In this document: positions 53,644 through 63,076 of the stretch, piece by piece
How the letters are laid out: each line of letters begins with the position of its first letter
Position numbering within the stretch: position 1 is the first letter of the stretch
From: Clostridiales bacterium
Lineage (GTDB): Bacteria > Bacillota > Clostridia > Lachnospirales > WQUN01
DNA length: 64,000 bases
Assembly (NCBI GenBank): GCA_031287685.1
Contig: JAITSQ010000028.1
Location: 609 to 64,608, forward strand
Direction: 5' to 3'
The notes under the pieces: generated by a model
What the model was told of the DNA's origin: nothing
Databases searched by the model: none
Seen by the model: only the letters and a program-made list of their open reading frames with translations
Made by a program: the position numbers and the translations under genes

Positions 53644-55317
53644 TTAGTCCTTCAGCTCAACCTTGATTCCAAGCAAGCCCTCCGCGTTTCTGGCTATTTC
53701 CTCAGCCGTCCTTTCGCGGGGCTTTGCCGGCTCGTCGAACCGCGTCTTGTATTCCGACGCGCCCACGTATTCTATTTCCGTTTCCGGGGAAACGCCGAAT
53801 TTTTCCGCCATAAGCGGCAGGATAACCGCGCTGTAGGCCGACGCCCGCGCCCGCACCAAGGTTTCCACCCCGTCCTCCACTATTATAAGCAGCCGCCCGC
53901 CGTCCGGCGCGGCGCGGCTTTTGCCCAGAAGCTCCTTTATGGGAAGCTCCTTTGAACCGTCGGAAAACGAGCCTGTGAAGCCGGCCCAGCCCTCCGCGAT
54001 TTTTTTAAGCTCCGCCGAGCCGGGCGGGCGGAGCTTACGTTTGTCCGCCGCTTTTTTCTTTTCGGGCGGCCCCGCGGCTTTTTCCGCCGGTTTCCCCCGT
54101 TCCTCGGACAAGGCCCGGACGGCCTTCCGCAGTTCCTCCAGCTGCGCCTTAAGCTCGCCGATTTGCTCCGCTTGCTCCTCGCCGGCCTGAGGAGCGCCCC
54201 CGGCGCGGGCCGGGCCGGCCGCCTCCGGGCGGCAGAGCGCCACGCACGCCGCCTCAAGCATAACCCGCTCGGACGCCGCGTAGCGCAGATTCCCCAAAAG
54301 CTCGGAAAACGCCTCAATCCCCCGGATTATCAGGCTCATCGGAAGGCGCGCCGCCTGCTCCCGCAGGAGGGCGATAGTCTCTCCCGAAGCGCTGACGCTT
54401 ATATTGCCGTTTTGCTGAACCTTGGCCGCCAGCAGGTTGCGGAAATGCGAAAGCGCCTGCCTCGCGAAGCCGGAAATATCCCGCCCAAGGCAGGCCTGCC
54501 CGTCTATAAGGCTCATACATTCCCCCATATCGGCCTTAAGGACAGCCTCCGCCAGCGCGAAAAACACGGAAATATCCGACGCTCCCAAAAGCTCCAGCGT
54601 CTTTTCAAGGCTGATTTCCTCGCCGAAGTAAAACGACGCGCACTGCTCCAGAATACTCAGGCAATCCCTCATAGCCCCGTCCGACGCGGAGATTATAAAC
54701 CGCAGGGCCTCGTCTTCTATCTTTATGCCCTCGGCGGCCGCGTACCCCCTCACCGCGTCAAACATCACCGCGCCGCTTATGCGCTTAAAATCAAAGCGCT
54801 GACAGCGGGAATGAATAGTCGCGGGGATTTTCTGCGGGTCGGTCGTGGCCAGTATGAAAATGACATATCCCGGCGGCTCCTCAAGGGTTTTGAGGAGCGC
54901 GTTGAACGCGCTCGCCGACAGCATATGCGCCTCGTCGATGATATATACCCGGAAATTTCCCGACGACGGAGGGTAGGCGGATTCCTCTATAATCCCCCGG
55001 ACGCTGTCAACGCCCGTGTAGTCCGCCGCGTTGATTTCCGATACGTTCAGCGAAGCGTCCCGCAGTATCTCAAGGCAGACCGGGCAGGCGTTGCAAGGCT
55101 CCCCCTCCCGCGGGTTTTCGCAGTTGACCGCGCGGGAGAGGAGCTTCGCGGCGGAAGTCTTTCCGCAGCCGCGCGTGCCGCAAAAAAGGTAGGCGTGGGC
55201 GAGCCTGTTCGATTTCAGCTGATTTATAAGCGTTTTGACAATATGCTCCTGCCCGAGAACGTCCGAAAAGTTTTTCGGGCGCAGCTTCCTGTAAAGAACC
55301 GTATGACTTGCTGACAT
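53644..55317 (-). CDS. dnaX: DNA polymerase III subunits gamma/tau
   Basis: HAYLFCGTRGCGKTS and VYIIDEAHML. Confidence 0.95.
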   Translation of the reverse strand: MSASHTVLYRKLRPKNFSDVLGQEHIVKTLINQLKSNRLAHAYLFCGTRGCGKTSAAKLLSRAVNCENPREGEPCNACPVCLEILRDASLNVSEINAADYTGVDSVRGIIEESAYPPSSGNFRVYIIDEAHMLSASAFNALLKTLEEPPGYVIFILATTDPQKIPATIHSRCQRFDFKRISGAVMFDAVRGYAAAEGIKIEDEALRFIISASDGAMRDCLSILEQCASFYFGEEISLEKTLELLGASDISVFFALAEAVLKADMGECMSLIDGQACLGRDISGFARQALSHFRNLLAAKVQQNGNISVSASGETIALLREQAARLPMSLIIRGIEAFSELLGNLRYAASERVMLEAACVALCRPEAAGPARAGGAPQAGEEQAEQIGELKAQLEELRKAVRALSEERGKPAEKAAGPPEKKKAADKRKLRPPGSAELKKIAEGWAGFTGSFSDGSKELPIKELLGKSRAAPDGGRLLIIVEDGVETLVRARASAYSAVILPLMAEKFGVSPETEIEYVGASEYKTRFDEPAKPRERTAEEIARNAEGLLGIKVELKD

Positions 55318-55349
55318 CGGCGCGCTCCAATCGTTTAGAATCTGTACTC

Positions 55350-55449
55350 ATAGAGCAATTCCATGTTTGACCGGCTTGTTTCGAGCCGAAAATCGCGGGC
55401 TTCAACGCGTTTTCGGCGATGAAAGAAGCCGGTCAAACGGAATTGCTCT
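55350..55449. mobile_element. Family B MITE-like element, copy B4 (minimal 100-nt form)
   Basis: Near-perfect long hairpin TAGAGCAATTCCATGTTTGACCGGCTT...AAGCCGGTCAAACGGAATTGCTCTA. Confidence 0.85.
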
Positions 55450-55511
55450 AGTATAAAGGCCGCCTCGCTTAGCCTTTTCGCCTATTTAATGGCACATTTC
55501 TAATTTCTATC

Positions 55512-55540
55512 TTGAAAAATCTTTCCCCAACGATTATAAT
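55512..55540 (+). promoter_or_regulatory. Promoter for ftsY (TTGAAA-17 nt-TATAAT)
   Basis: Hexamers at 55512-55517 and 55535-55540. Confidence 0.55.
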
Positions 55541-55583
55541 TGTAACAAACGCAGCGCGAATTGTAAACCCCGCAGGAGGATTT

Positions 55584-56531
55584 ATGGACAACGAAAAAGG
55601 CTTCTTTCAAAAACTGAAAACCGGGCTTGAAAAGACGCGCAAGCTCCTGACGACGGACGTGGACGACCTTCTGTCGGGCTTCGCCGCCGTTGGCGACGAA
55701 CTTTTCGACGAGCTTGAGGAAGCGCTTATCCTGGCCGATTTGGGCGCCCCGGCGGCAAGCGCCGTCACGGAGTCCGTCCGGGCGCGGGCCAAAAAAGAGC
55801 GCGTGCTTGAGCCGGCGAAAATAAAGGGTCTTGTGGCGGAGGAGATAGCCGGAATACTCCTTAAAAATCCCGCGAGAAAGCTGACTTTTCCCGTCGTCCT
55901 GCTTATAATCGGCGTAAACGGCGTGGGCAAGACGACCTCTATAGGCAAGCTGGCCCATCTCTTTAAGTCGGAGGGGAAAAAGGCGCTCATAGCGGCGGCG
56001 GACACCTTCCGCGCGGCGGCTTCGGACCAGCTTGAAATCTGGGCGGAGCGGGCGGAAGTCCCCATAATAAGCCATAAGCAGGGTAAGGGAGACCCGGCCG
56101 CCGTGGTGTTCGACGCGGCCAGAGCCGCCAAAGCGCGCGGCGCGGACGTCCTGCTGTGCGACACGGCGGGCCGGCTCCACAATAAAAAGAATTTAATGGA
56201 GGAGCTTAAAAAAATCCGCCGCGTCATAGAGCGGGAGCTTCCGGACTGGCGCGTTGAAAGCCTGCTGACTCTTGACGCGGCCACCGGCCAGAACGCCCTC
56301 TCCCAGGCGAAGCTCTTTAAGGAGGCGGCCGGGGCGACCGGGCTTATCCTGACAAAGCTTGACAGCACGGCCAAAGGCGGCGTAATAGTCGCCCTGGCGC
56401 AGGAAACTGATTTGCCCGTGCTTTTCGCGGGCGTGGGAGAGGGAATAGACGACCTCCGGGAGTTCGACCCAAAAGATTTCGCCGCCGCCGTCTTTGGCGA
56501 AAGCGCCGGCAAAGCCGTTGATAAAGGGTGA
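55584..56531 (+). CDS. ftsY: Signal recognition particle receptor FtsY
   Basis: GVNGVGKTTSIGKLA, DTAGRLHNK and TKLDSTAKGG; AGGAGGA SD before ATG 55584. Confidence 0.95.
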   Translation: MDNEKGFFQKLKTGLEKTRKLLTTDVDDLLSGFAAVGDELFDELEEALILADLGAPAASAVTESVRARAKKERVLEPAKIKGLVAEEIAGILLKNPARKLTFPVVLLIIGVNGVGKTTSIGKLAHLFKSEGKKALIAAADTFRAAASDQLEIWAERAEVPIISHKQGKGDPAAVVFDAARAAKARGADVLLCDTAGRLHNKKNLMEELKKIRRVIERELPDWRVESLLTLDAATGQNALSQAKLFKEAAGATGLILTKLDSTAKGGVIVALAQETDLPVLFAGVGEGIDDLREFDPKDFAAAVFGESAGKAVDKG

Positions 56532-56535
56532 TTAT

Positions 56536-57042
56536 ATGCCGCTAAGTATAGCCGTTTTCCTCATATGCGTGATAGCGGCGTTTATCGCCCTCGGATACGG
56601 CTACGTGCTGTACTGGAAAAGCCGGATCGCCGCGTGCAAGCGCGACATAAAGGCGCTTTTTGACAACAAATTCGCGCTGTGCGGCGGCCTGTCCGGGGTC
56701 GTCGCGGACATCCACTCAAAGGACAGCGCCGTGACCCTGGCTCTCTCCCGCAACCTGACGCGCTATATAAAGGCGCGGGATATGGCGGAGTTCGCCGCCG
56801 CCGACCGCCGAATGAGCGTCGTAATCAAAAAAATTGACGCGCTCGTGGCTAAATATCCCCTCCGCTATATCTCGACGAATTACGAAACCCTCTCCCGCTC
56901 GCTGACGGCCGTCGAGGAAAAAATCGAGTTCTCCCGCCAGTTCTACAACGACGCGGTGGAGGGCTATAACGAGAAGCTGTTTAATTTCCCTATGAACATC
57001 GTCTCGGCGATTTTCAGCGTAAAAAGGGAAGCCTATATCTGA
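56536..57042 (+). CDS. lemA: LemA family protein
   Basis: N-terminal TM segment and FSRQFYNDAVEGYNEKLFNFPMN. Confidence 0.85.
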   Translation: MPLSIAVFLICVIAAFIALGYGYVLYWKSRIAACKRDIKALFDNKFALCGGLSGVVADIHSKDSAVTLALSRNLTRYIKARDMAEFAAADRRMSVVIKKIDALVAKYPLRYISTNYETLSRSLTAVEEKIEFSRQFYNDAVEGYNEKLFNFPMNIVSAIFSVKREAYI

Positions 57043-57070
57043 GAATCCGTAAGAAACAGGGGGAGAATCA

Positions 57071-58261
57071 ATGCGAAACACACCCGGCAGCAACCAGCCA
57101 AGCCGCGGGAGCGGCCCGCGCCCGGCCCGGCGCGGCGCCATAAGCTCACACCGCCGCCGCGCTCAAAAAAACATCAAGCGGAAACGCCAGCGCGGAGGGC
57201 GCGGCCCGCGAAGCCTGCCCGCCTTAATAATAACCGTAATCGGCATTAACCTTAAAAAGCTCTCAAAGCGGTTTGGGGGCGCCGCCGGGCGCATCCCGCT
57301 CGGAGCGCTTGACGGGTTCCGCTCGCACATTTTCGCGGCGGGGGCGTTTGTCTGCGCGCTCTCCGTCGCCGCGGTCATCTGGGCTCTCACCAACAAGAAC
57401 GCCTGGGCGGTTTATATTGGTGATTCGCTCATAACCCACGTAAAATATGACAAAAACCTGGACGCCGAATACCTCACCCATATGGCCGCCTCCACGATTG
57501 AAAACGCGATCCGGACAAACGTGAAAATAAACGAGGCTATTTCCCTCAAGCGCAAGCACGCGGGGAAATCCGAGATTATTCCGAACGAGGCCCTTTTCAC
57601 TATGCTCTCAAGCTCCCTGTCATATCAGATAGAGGCGGATTCAATTTCCGTGAACGGGCAGGAGGCGGCCGTGCTTAAAAACGACGCGGACACGGAGTCC
57701 CTTAAGGACAAGCTGTGCGCGCCGTACATTAAGGATCCCGAGGCCGTCCTCGAAAAAGAGGTCGTGGGGCTGACTGTGGAGAAGCGCTTCGTCGACAGCT
57801 CGGAGGTGCTCTCGGTGGACGACGCCGCGGCCCTGCTCTCGAAGGAGGTCGATATGGAAACGAGCTACACCGTGGCCCCAGGCGATTATATGCAGTCCAT
57901 CGCCGCGAAATTCAACACCTCCGTCGAAAGCCTGTGCAAGCTGAACGACATAGCGCCGGAAAACGTGGCGAAAATTCAGGTGGGGCAGACGCTCAAAATT
58001 CTGGCCAAAAAGCCGCTTCTCGACATTCGCACGCTCGAGCTTGAAAAACACCGGGAGCCAAGCCAGCCGCAGGTCGTAACGCGGGAAAACGCGGCGAAGC
58101 CTAAGTCTTACACGCAGGTTCTCCAGGCGGGCGCGCCGGGAGAGGACGAAGTGACCGAGCACGTGGAGAAACTCAACGGCCTGGAGGTCTCGCGAGAGGT
58201 CGTCGGCAAGACCCCCGTCGTCCTCGCGCAGGACAGGCTTGTGGAAGTGGGGACGTTATGA
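57071..58261 (+). CDS. Membrane-anchored LysM + G5 domain protein
   Basis: LysM motif YTVAPGDYMQSIAAKFNTSVESLCKLN; C-terminal G5-like segment (EDEVTEHVEKLNGLEVSREVVGKTPV). The start is uncertain. Confidence 0.7.
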   Translation: MRNTPGSNQPSRGSGPRPARRGAISSHRRRAQKNIKRKRQRGGRGPRSLPALIITVIGINLKKLSKRFGGAAGRIPLGALDGFRSHIFAAGAFVCALSVAAVIWALTNKNAWAVYIGDSLITHVKYDKNLDAEYLTHMAASTIENAIRTNVKINEAISLKRKHAGKSEIIPNEALFTMLSSSLSYQIEADSISVNGQEAAVLKNDADTESLKDKLCAPYIKDPEAVLEKEVVGLTVEKRFVDSSEVLSVDDAAALLSKEVDMETSYTVAPGDYMQSIAAKFNTSVESLCKLNDIAPENVAKIQVGQTLKILAKKPLLDIRTLELEKHREPSQPQVVTRENAAKPKSYTQVLQAGAPGEDEVTEHVEKLNGLEVSREVVGKTPVVLAQDRLVEVGTL

Positions 58262-58977
58262 GGCTCTACTACGATTTGCATATGCACAGCGCGCTCTCCC
58301 CTTGCGGGGACGCGGATATGACGCCGAACAACATCGTGAATATGTCGCTCCTGAACGGGCTTGACATTATCGCCCTGACCGACCATAACTCCTGCAAAAA
58401 CGCGGCGGCGTTCCTGAAAGCCGCCGAAAACACGGAGCTTCTCGCCCTTCCCGGTATGGAGCTTGAAACTTCGGAGGAAATCCACGTCGTCTGCCTTCTG
58501 CCGGATTTGGCGGCGGCGGCGGCGTTTGACGAGTACGTTGAAGCGCGGCTTATGAAAATCCCTAACAAACCCGGCATTTTCGGAAACCAGTCCCTAATGG
58601 ATGAAAACGACGAAATTACCGGGGAATACCCGCACCTGCTCATTACGCAGACCTCCATCGGCCTGAGCGAGCTGCCCGCCCTGCTGCGCTCCTTCGGCGG
58701 GGTCTGCGTGCCCGCGCATATCGACAGAAGCTCAAACAGCGTCGTCTCAAACCTCGGTATGGTTCCGCCGGATTTTGACGCGCCTTTTATTGAGCTGTCG
58801 AAACGCGCGGGGGATTTCACGCTCCGCAACGCGCGCCTGCTTCCCCGAAAATACGGCGTAATCTCAAGCTCCGACGCGCATTACCTGCAGGATATAAACG
58901 AGCGCGTAAATTACTTGGAATTCCAACAAAAACCAACGGCAAAGGAAGTCATAGAGCGGCTATGGACGAGCGTATAA
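58258..58977 (+). CDS. PHP-domain metal-dependent phosphoesterase
   Basis: YYDLHMHSALSPCGD and IIALTDHNS. Confidence 0.8.
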   Translation: MRLYYDLHMHSALSPCGDADMTPNNIVNMSLLNGLDIIALTDHNSCKNAAAFLKAAENTELLALPGMELETSEEIHVVCLLPDLAAAAAFDEYVEARLMKIPNKPGIFGNQSLMDENDEITGEYPHLLITQTSIGLSELPALLRSFGGVCVPAHIDRSSNSVVSNLGMVPPDFDAPFIELSKRAGDFTLRNARLLPRKYGVISSSDAHYLQDINERVNYLEFQQKPTAKEVIERLWTSV

Positions 58978-59939
58978 ATCTTACTGACTGGATAGAATGT
59001 ACTGTGGAAACGGAGCGGGCCGCCGCGGAGGCGGTCTGCGCCGCCCTTGAGACAGCCGGCTTCCGCAATTTTGAAATAGACGACCCCGCTGAAATGGCGG
59101 AGTTTCTGGCGGAAAACCCCCTCAACTGGGACTATGTGGACGAAGCTCTCTTAAACGCCCCCAAATCCCCGCCGGTAATTAAATTTTACGCCGCGGCGAA
59201 TGAAAACGGGCGGCGGCAGGCCGACTTCGCGCGATTAATCCTTGACGACTTGAAAAAGGCGGATTACGGGCTTGATTTCGGCTCCCTGCGCTTCACCGCG
59301 CGGGAAGTGCGCGACGACTGGAGCGACAAGTGGAAAGAGCACTACAAGCCCTTTACTGTGGGGGAGCGGCTCCTTATCCGCCCGCCTTGGGAGGAAGCGC
59401 CGGAAGCGGGCGGCCGCGCCGTCGTGACGCTCGACCCCGCCTCCGCCTTCGGCACCGGACAGCACCACAGCACCCGAATGTGCCTCGAAGTCCTTGAGCG
59501 AAAAGTGACTCCCGGAATCCGCGTGCTTGACATAGGCTGCGGCAGCGGTATTCTGGCGCTTTCGGCGCTCCTGCTCGGCGCTTCGCGGGCGGTCCTCCTC
59601 GACATAGACCGGAACGCCGTCGAAATCGCCCTGCAAAACGCCGCCCTGAACGGGATCCCCCCGGAAAAAATAATCGCCCGAGCGGGAGATTTGGCCTCCC
59701 TCGCCGGACTCGTCGAACCCGGCTTTGACATAGTTGTGTCAAACATCGTCGCGGACGCTATCATAGACCTGTCGCCGCTCGTCCCGCGTTTTATCCGGCG
59801 CGGCGGCGCGTATATCTCAAGCGGCATAATCAGCGGGCGGGAAAATGAGGTTATCGACGCCTTGAAAAAAGCCGGCTTTCACGATTTGGAAATTTTTTCC
59901 TCCGAAGACTGGCGGTGCGTTTTATGCGTTTTTTCATAA
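58962..59939 (+). CDS. prmA: Ribosomal protein L11 methyltransferase
   Basis: DPASAFGTGQHHST and VLDIGCGSGILAL. Confidence 0.9.
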   Translation: MDERINLTDWIECTVETERAAAEAVCAALETAGFRNFEIDDPAEMAEFLAENPLNWDYVDEALLNAPKSPPVIKFYAAANENGRRQADFARLILDDLKKADYGLDFGSLRFTAREVRDDWSDKWKEHYKPFTVGERLLIRPPWEEAPEAGGRAVVTLDPASAFGTGQHHSTRMCLEVLERKVTPGIRVLDIGCGSGILALSALLLGASRAVLLDIDRNAVEIALQNAALNGIPPEKIIARAGDLASLAGLVEPGFDIVVSNIVADAIIDLSPLVPRFIRRGGAYISSGIISGRENEVIDALKKAGFHDLEIFSSEDWRCVLCVFS

Positions 59940-60634
59940 ACGAGCCTCCCGCGGACGGCGTTTTTACTATTGGCGGCGGCGACGCGCGGCACATAACGCG
60001 CTCCTTGCGCTTGAAAATTGGCGCTCACATAAAAATTTCCGATTCCTCCGGTTTTGACTATGAGTGCGTTATTGTAGAAATCAAGGATTCCTCGGTTCGC
60101 GCCAAAATTACCGATATATCAAAAAACGTCTCCGAGCCGTCCGTGCGGCTCACCCTCTTTCAGGCCCTGCCTAAGGGCGCGAAACTTGATTTGATTGTCG
60201 AAAAATGCGTCGAGCTGGGCGTGTATGAAATAACTCCCGTCCTGACGGAGTTTTGCGTCACGAGGGAACTAAACGAGCATAAATCGGCCCGGCTAAACAA
60301 AATAGCGGAAGCCGCCGCGAAGCAGAGCGGGCGCGGAAGCGTCCCGAAAGTCGCGCCGCTCCTGCCCTTGGCGCAAGCCGCCGAAAGGCCGTTCGACCTC
60401 TCGCTCGCGCCGTATGAGAAAGAAACGTCGGCAAGGCTGTCGGACGCGCTCCGAGGCTTCTCCGGCAAGACGGCGGCTATTTTTATCGGCCCGGAGGGCG
60501 GCTTCTCCCCCAAAGAAATTGAGCTTTTGCGCCGGAATTCGGCCATAGTCACGCTGGGCCGGCGGATTCTGCGGACGGAGACCGCGCCTATTGTCGCGGC
60601 GGCCTTATTTTTTAACGAAACGGGTGACTTATGA
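59915..60634 (+). CDS. rsmE: 16S rRNA (uracil1498-N3)-methyltransferase
   Basis: MRFFI...GDARHITRSLRLKIG and IGPEGGFSPKEI. Confidence 0.9.
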   Translation: MRFMRFFINEPPADGVFTIGGGDARHITRSLRLKIGAHIKISDSSGFDYECVIVEIKDSSVRAKITDISKNVSEPSVRLTLFQALPKGAKLDLIVEKCVELGVYEITPVLTEFCVTRELNEHKSARLNKIAEAAAKQSGRGSVPKVAPLLPLAQAAERPFDLSLAPYEKETSARLSDALRGFSGKTAAIFIGPEGGFSPKEIELLRRNSAIVTLGRRILRTETAPIVAAALFFNETGDL

Positions 60635-61740
60635 TTTATCTTGACAACGCGGCCACGACCGCGCCCCTGCTGGAATTGCGGGATTTACCGCCGCTTTATA
60701 ACCCGTCGTCGCTCCACGGCGCGGGGCTTGCCGCTGAAGAGGCCGTAAAAGCGGCTTCGCGAACGCTCGCCGAAATCCTTAGGGTCAGCCCGGAGGAGCT
60801 TATCTTCACCTCCGGAGCCACGGAATCCAACAATACCGCTATTTTGGGCGCTTTAACGGGAGAAACCGGCGCGCCGCGCGGCAAGGCCCGCGAAATCATC
60901 ACGACGGAAATCGAGCACCCCTCCGTCACGGAATGTTTCCATAATCTGGAAAAGCGCGGATTCAAGGGCGTTTACCTGAAAGCGGACGAAACCGGGCGCA
61001 TCAGCCGCGACGAGCTTTTAAGCGCCGTTTCGCCGCAAACCGCTCTCGTGAGCCTTTTTTACGTCCACAATGAAACGGGCGTAATCAACGACATTCCCGG
61101 CCTCGCCGCCGAAATCAAAGCTGAAAGCCCCGAAACCCTCATTCATACCGACGCGGCCCAAGCCTTCGGCAAAATCTCGCTGAACCTCAAAAACGTGGAT
61201 TTCGCGTCGTTTTGCGCCCATAAAATCCACGGCGGGAAAGGGGCCGGCGGCTTGCTTGCCCGAAAGGCGCTCACCCCGCTTATGCTCGGCGGCGGACAGC
61301 AGAACGGCCGCCGCTCCGGCACTGTAAACGCGGAGTCCATCCGAGATATGGCTTTCGCTGCTGATTTTTTTCACAATCACTATGAGAAGTTTTTGGAGCG
61401 CGCCGAAAGCCTCCGCAAAAATATACTTCAAGTTCAAGAAAAATCAGGCATAACCGTCATAGACGGCGGCGGGAGGCGAAGCCCGTATATCCTGAGCTTG
61501 AGCGTCCCCGGCGCGCGGGGAGAGGTGCTTCTGAACGCGCTTTCCGCCGAGGGGATTTACGTTTCGGCCGGTTCGGCCTGCAATTCCCGCCGCCAGAAAG
61601 CCGGCGTAATCCGGAAAATCAACCCCCGCGCCGCCGAGGGCAGCCTGCGCGTGAGTTTCGCGTATTCAACGACCCCAGAAGAGTGCGAGGCGTTCAAAGA
61701 AGCCCTGCTGCGCCATACATCCAGCTTAAGGAGAAATTAA
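60631..61740 (+). CDS. Cysteine desulfurase (class V aminotransferase, NifS-like)
   Basis: FTSGATESNN, the PLP lysine in SFCAHKIHG, and the active-site SAGSACNS. Confidence 0.85.
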   Translation: MIYLDNAATTAPLLELRDLPPLYNPSSLHGAGLAAEEAVKAASRTLAEILRVSPEELIFTSGATESNNTAILGALTGETGAPRGKAREIITTEIEHPSVTECFHNLEKRGFKGVYLKADETGRISRDELLSAVSPQTALVSLFYVHNETGVINDIPGLAAEIKAESPETLIHTDAAQAFGKISLNLKNVDFASFCAHKIHGGKGAGGLLARKALTPLMLGGGQQNGRRSGTVNAESIRDMAFAADFFHNHYEKFLERAESLRKNILQVQEKSGITVIDGGGRRSPYILSLSVPGARGEVLLNALSAEGIYVSAGSACNSRRQKAGVIRKINPRAAEGSLRVSFAYSTTPEECEAFKEALLRHTSSLRRN

Positions 61741-61743
61741 TCA

Positions 61744-63006
61744 ATGAAAACTACGCCGGTAAACGGAACAAAGGAATACCTCCCTCAGGAGGCGGAATTA
61801 CGGGATTTTTTGGAATGCCAGATTATGCGGGCCTATCGGGAAAGCGGCTTCAGGCGAATATACACGCCGATTCTTGAGGATATCGACAATTTAGACAAGA
61901 GTGACGGCGGCGAAAACCTGGCCATAATCTTTAAGGTGCTCAAACGAGGCGAAAAGCTCGAAAAAGCCATAGCGGCGGACGGCCCTCTGGCGGATTTAGG
62001 CCTGCGCTACGACCTTACCCTGCCGCTGGCCCGGTTCTACGCGAACAATCGCTCGAAGCTCCCGAATCCTTTCAAATGCATACAAATTGACCGTGTATAT
62101 CGCGCGGAGCGTCCGCAAAAAGGCCGCTTGCGTGAGTTTCGTCAGTGCGACATAGACATAATCGGCTCTTCCTCCACCGACTGCGAGACTGAGCTTATAC
62201 TCGTAACCGCCAGCGCCCTGCAAAAACTGCTCGGCAGACGCTCCATAATTGTCCATATAAACGACAGGGCGTTGCTTAGCATTGTTTTGTCGAGGCTAGG
62301 TTTCGATGATTTATCGACTGTTTGTATGACGCTTGATAAATACGATAAAATCGGGGCCAGCGGGGTGCTCGACGAATTGTCCGCCAAAGGGCATGACAAG
62401 ACGCTTATTGAAAAATTCCTAAAAGCGGCGGAAAACAGCGCCTCCCCGCGGGCTTTCGCCGCCCTCGCCGGAGAGGGAGCCGCGGACTCCCCCGCCGCAA
62501 GCCTCTCCACGATTATAGACAATGTACGCACATTGTCGGACGTCGACATAAAGTTCAACCCGTTGCTCGTGCGCGGGCAAGGCTACTACACCGGCGCGGT
62601 GTTTGAGATTGAGGCGGCGGGCTATCCCGGTTCGGTCGCGGGCGGCGGACGCTACGACGGTATGATAGGGAAATTTATAGGCGAAGATGTGCCCGCTGTG
62701 GGCTTCTCTATAGGTTTTGAGCGAATTTTCGACATTCTGAGCAAAACCGCTTCCTGCATTATTATACCTGACAAGCCCAAAATCACTCTGTTTTATGAGG
62801 AAAGTTCGGGATTCAAGGCGGTATGGCGCGAAACCGAGAAATTAAAAGAAAAGTATCTTGTCACCCTTAAAACAATGCCTAAAAAGCTAGGCAAGGCGCT
62901 TGACCGCGAGTATTCGGACGGCGCGAACGGCTTTATGATATTCGGGAAGGACGAGGCGCCGCGAATGTTTGAAAAAGAGCGGCAGGCGGCGGAAGCGCGC
63001 GTATAA
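61744..63006 (+). CDS. hisS: Histidine-tRNA ligase
   Basis: LRYDLTLPLARF, YRAERPQKGRLREFRQCDIDI and GGGRYDGMIGKF. Confidence 0.9.
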   Translation: MKTTPVNGTKEYLPQEAELRDFLECQIMRAYRESGFRRIYTPILEDIDNLDKSDGGENLAIIFKVLKRGEKLEKAIAADGPLADLGLRYDLTLPLARFYANNRSKLPNPFKCIQIDRVYRAERPQKGRLREFRQCDIDIIGSSSTDCETELILVTASALQKLLGRRSIIVHINDRALLSIVLSRLGFDDLSTVCMTLDKYDKIGASGVLDELSAKGHDKTLIEKFLKAAENSASPRAFAALAGEGAADSPAASLSTIIDNVRTLSDVDIKFNPLLVRGQGYYTGAVFEIEAAGYPGSVAGGGRYDGMIGKFIGEDVPAVGFSIGFERIFDILSKTASCIIIPDKPKITLFYEESSGFKAVWRETEKLKEKYLVTLKTMPKKLGKALDREYSDGANGFMIFGKDEAPRMFEKERQAAEARV

Positions 63007-63032
63007 GAAGCGCGGGCTAAATTGCCGCAACC

Positions 63033-63070
63033 AAAAACCCCCGCCGTTTGGCTTGGCAGGGGTTTTTTTA
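63033..63070. terminator. Bidirectional intrinsic terminator
   Basis: AAAAACCCCC...GGGGTTTTTTT between convergent hisS and the PFOR gene. Confidence 0.65.
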
Positions 63071-63076
63071 TTGTTC

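Noticed and set aside
55318-55583. Looked for an SRP RNA (ffs/scRNA), which often precedes dnaX in Firmicutes.
   Set aside because: The region is occupied by repeat B4 and the ftsY promoter. No SRP domain IV motif was recognised.
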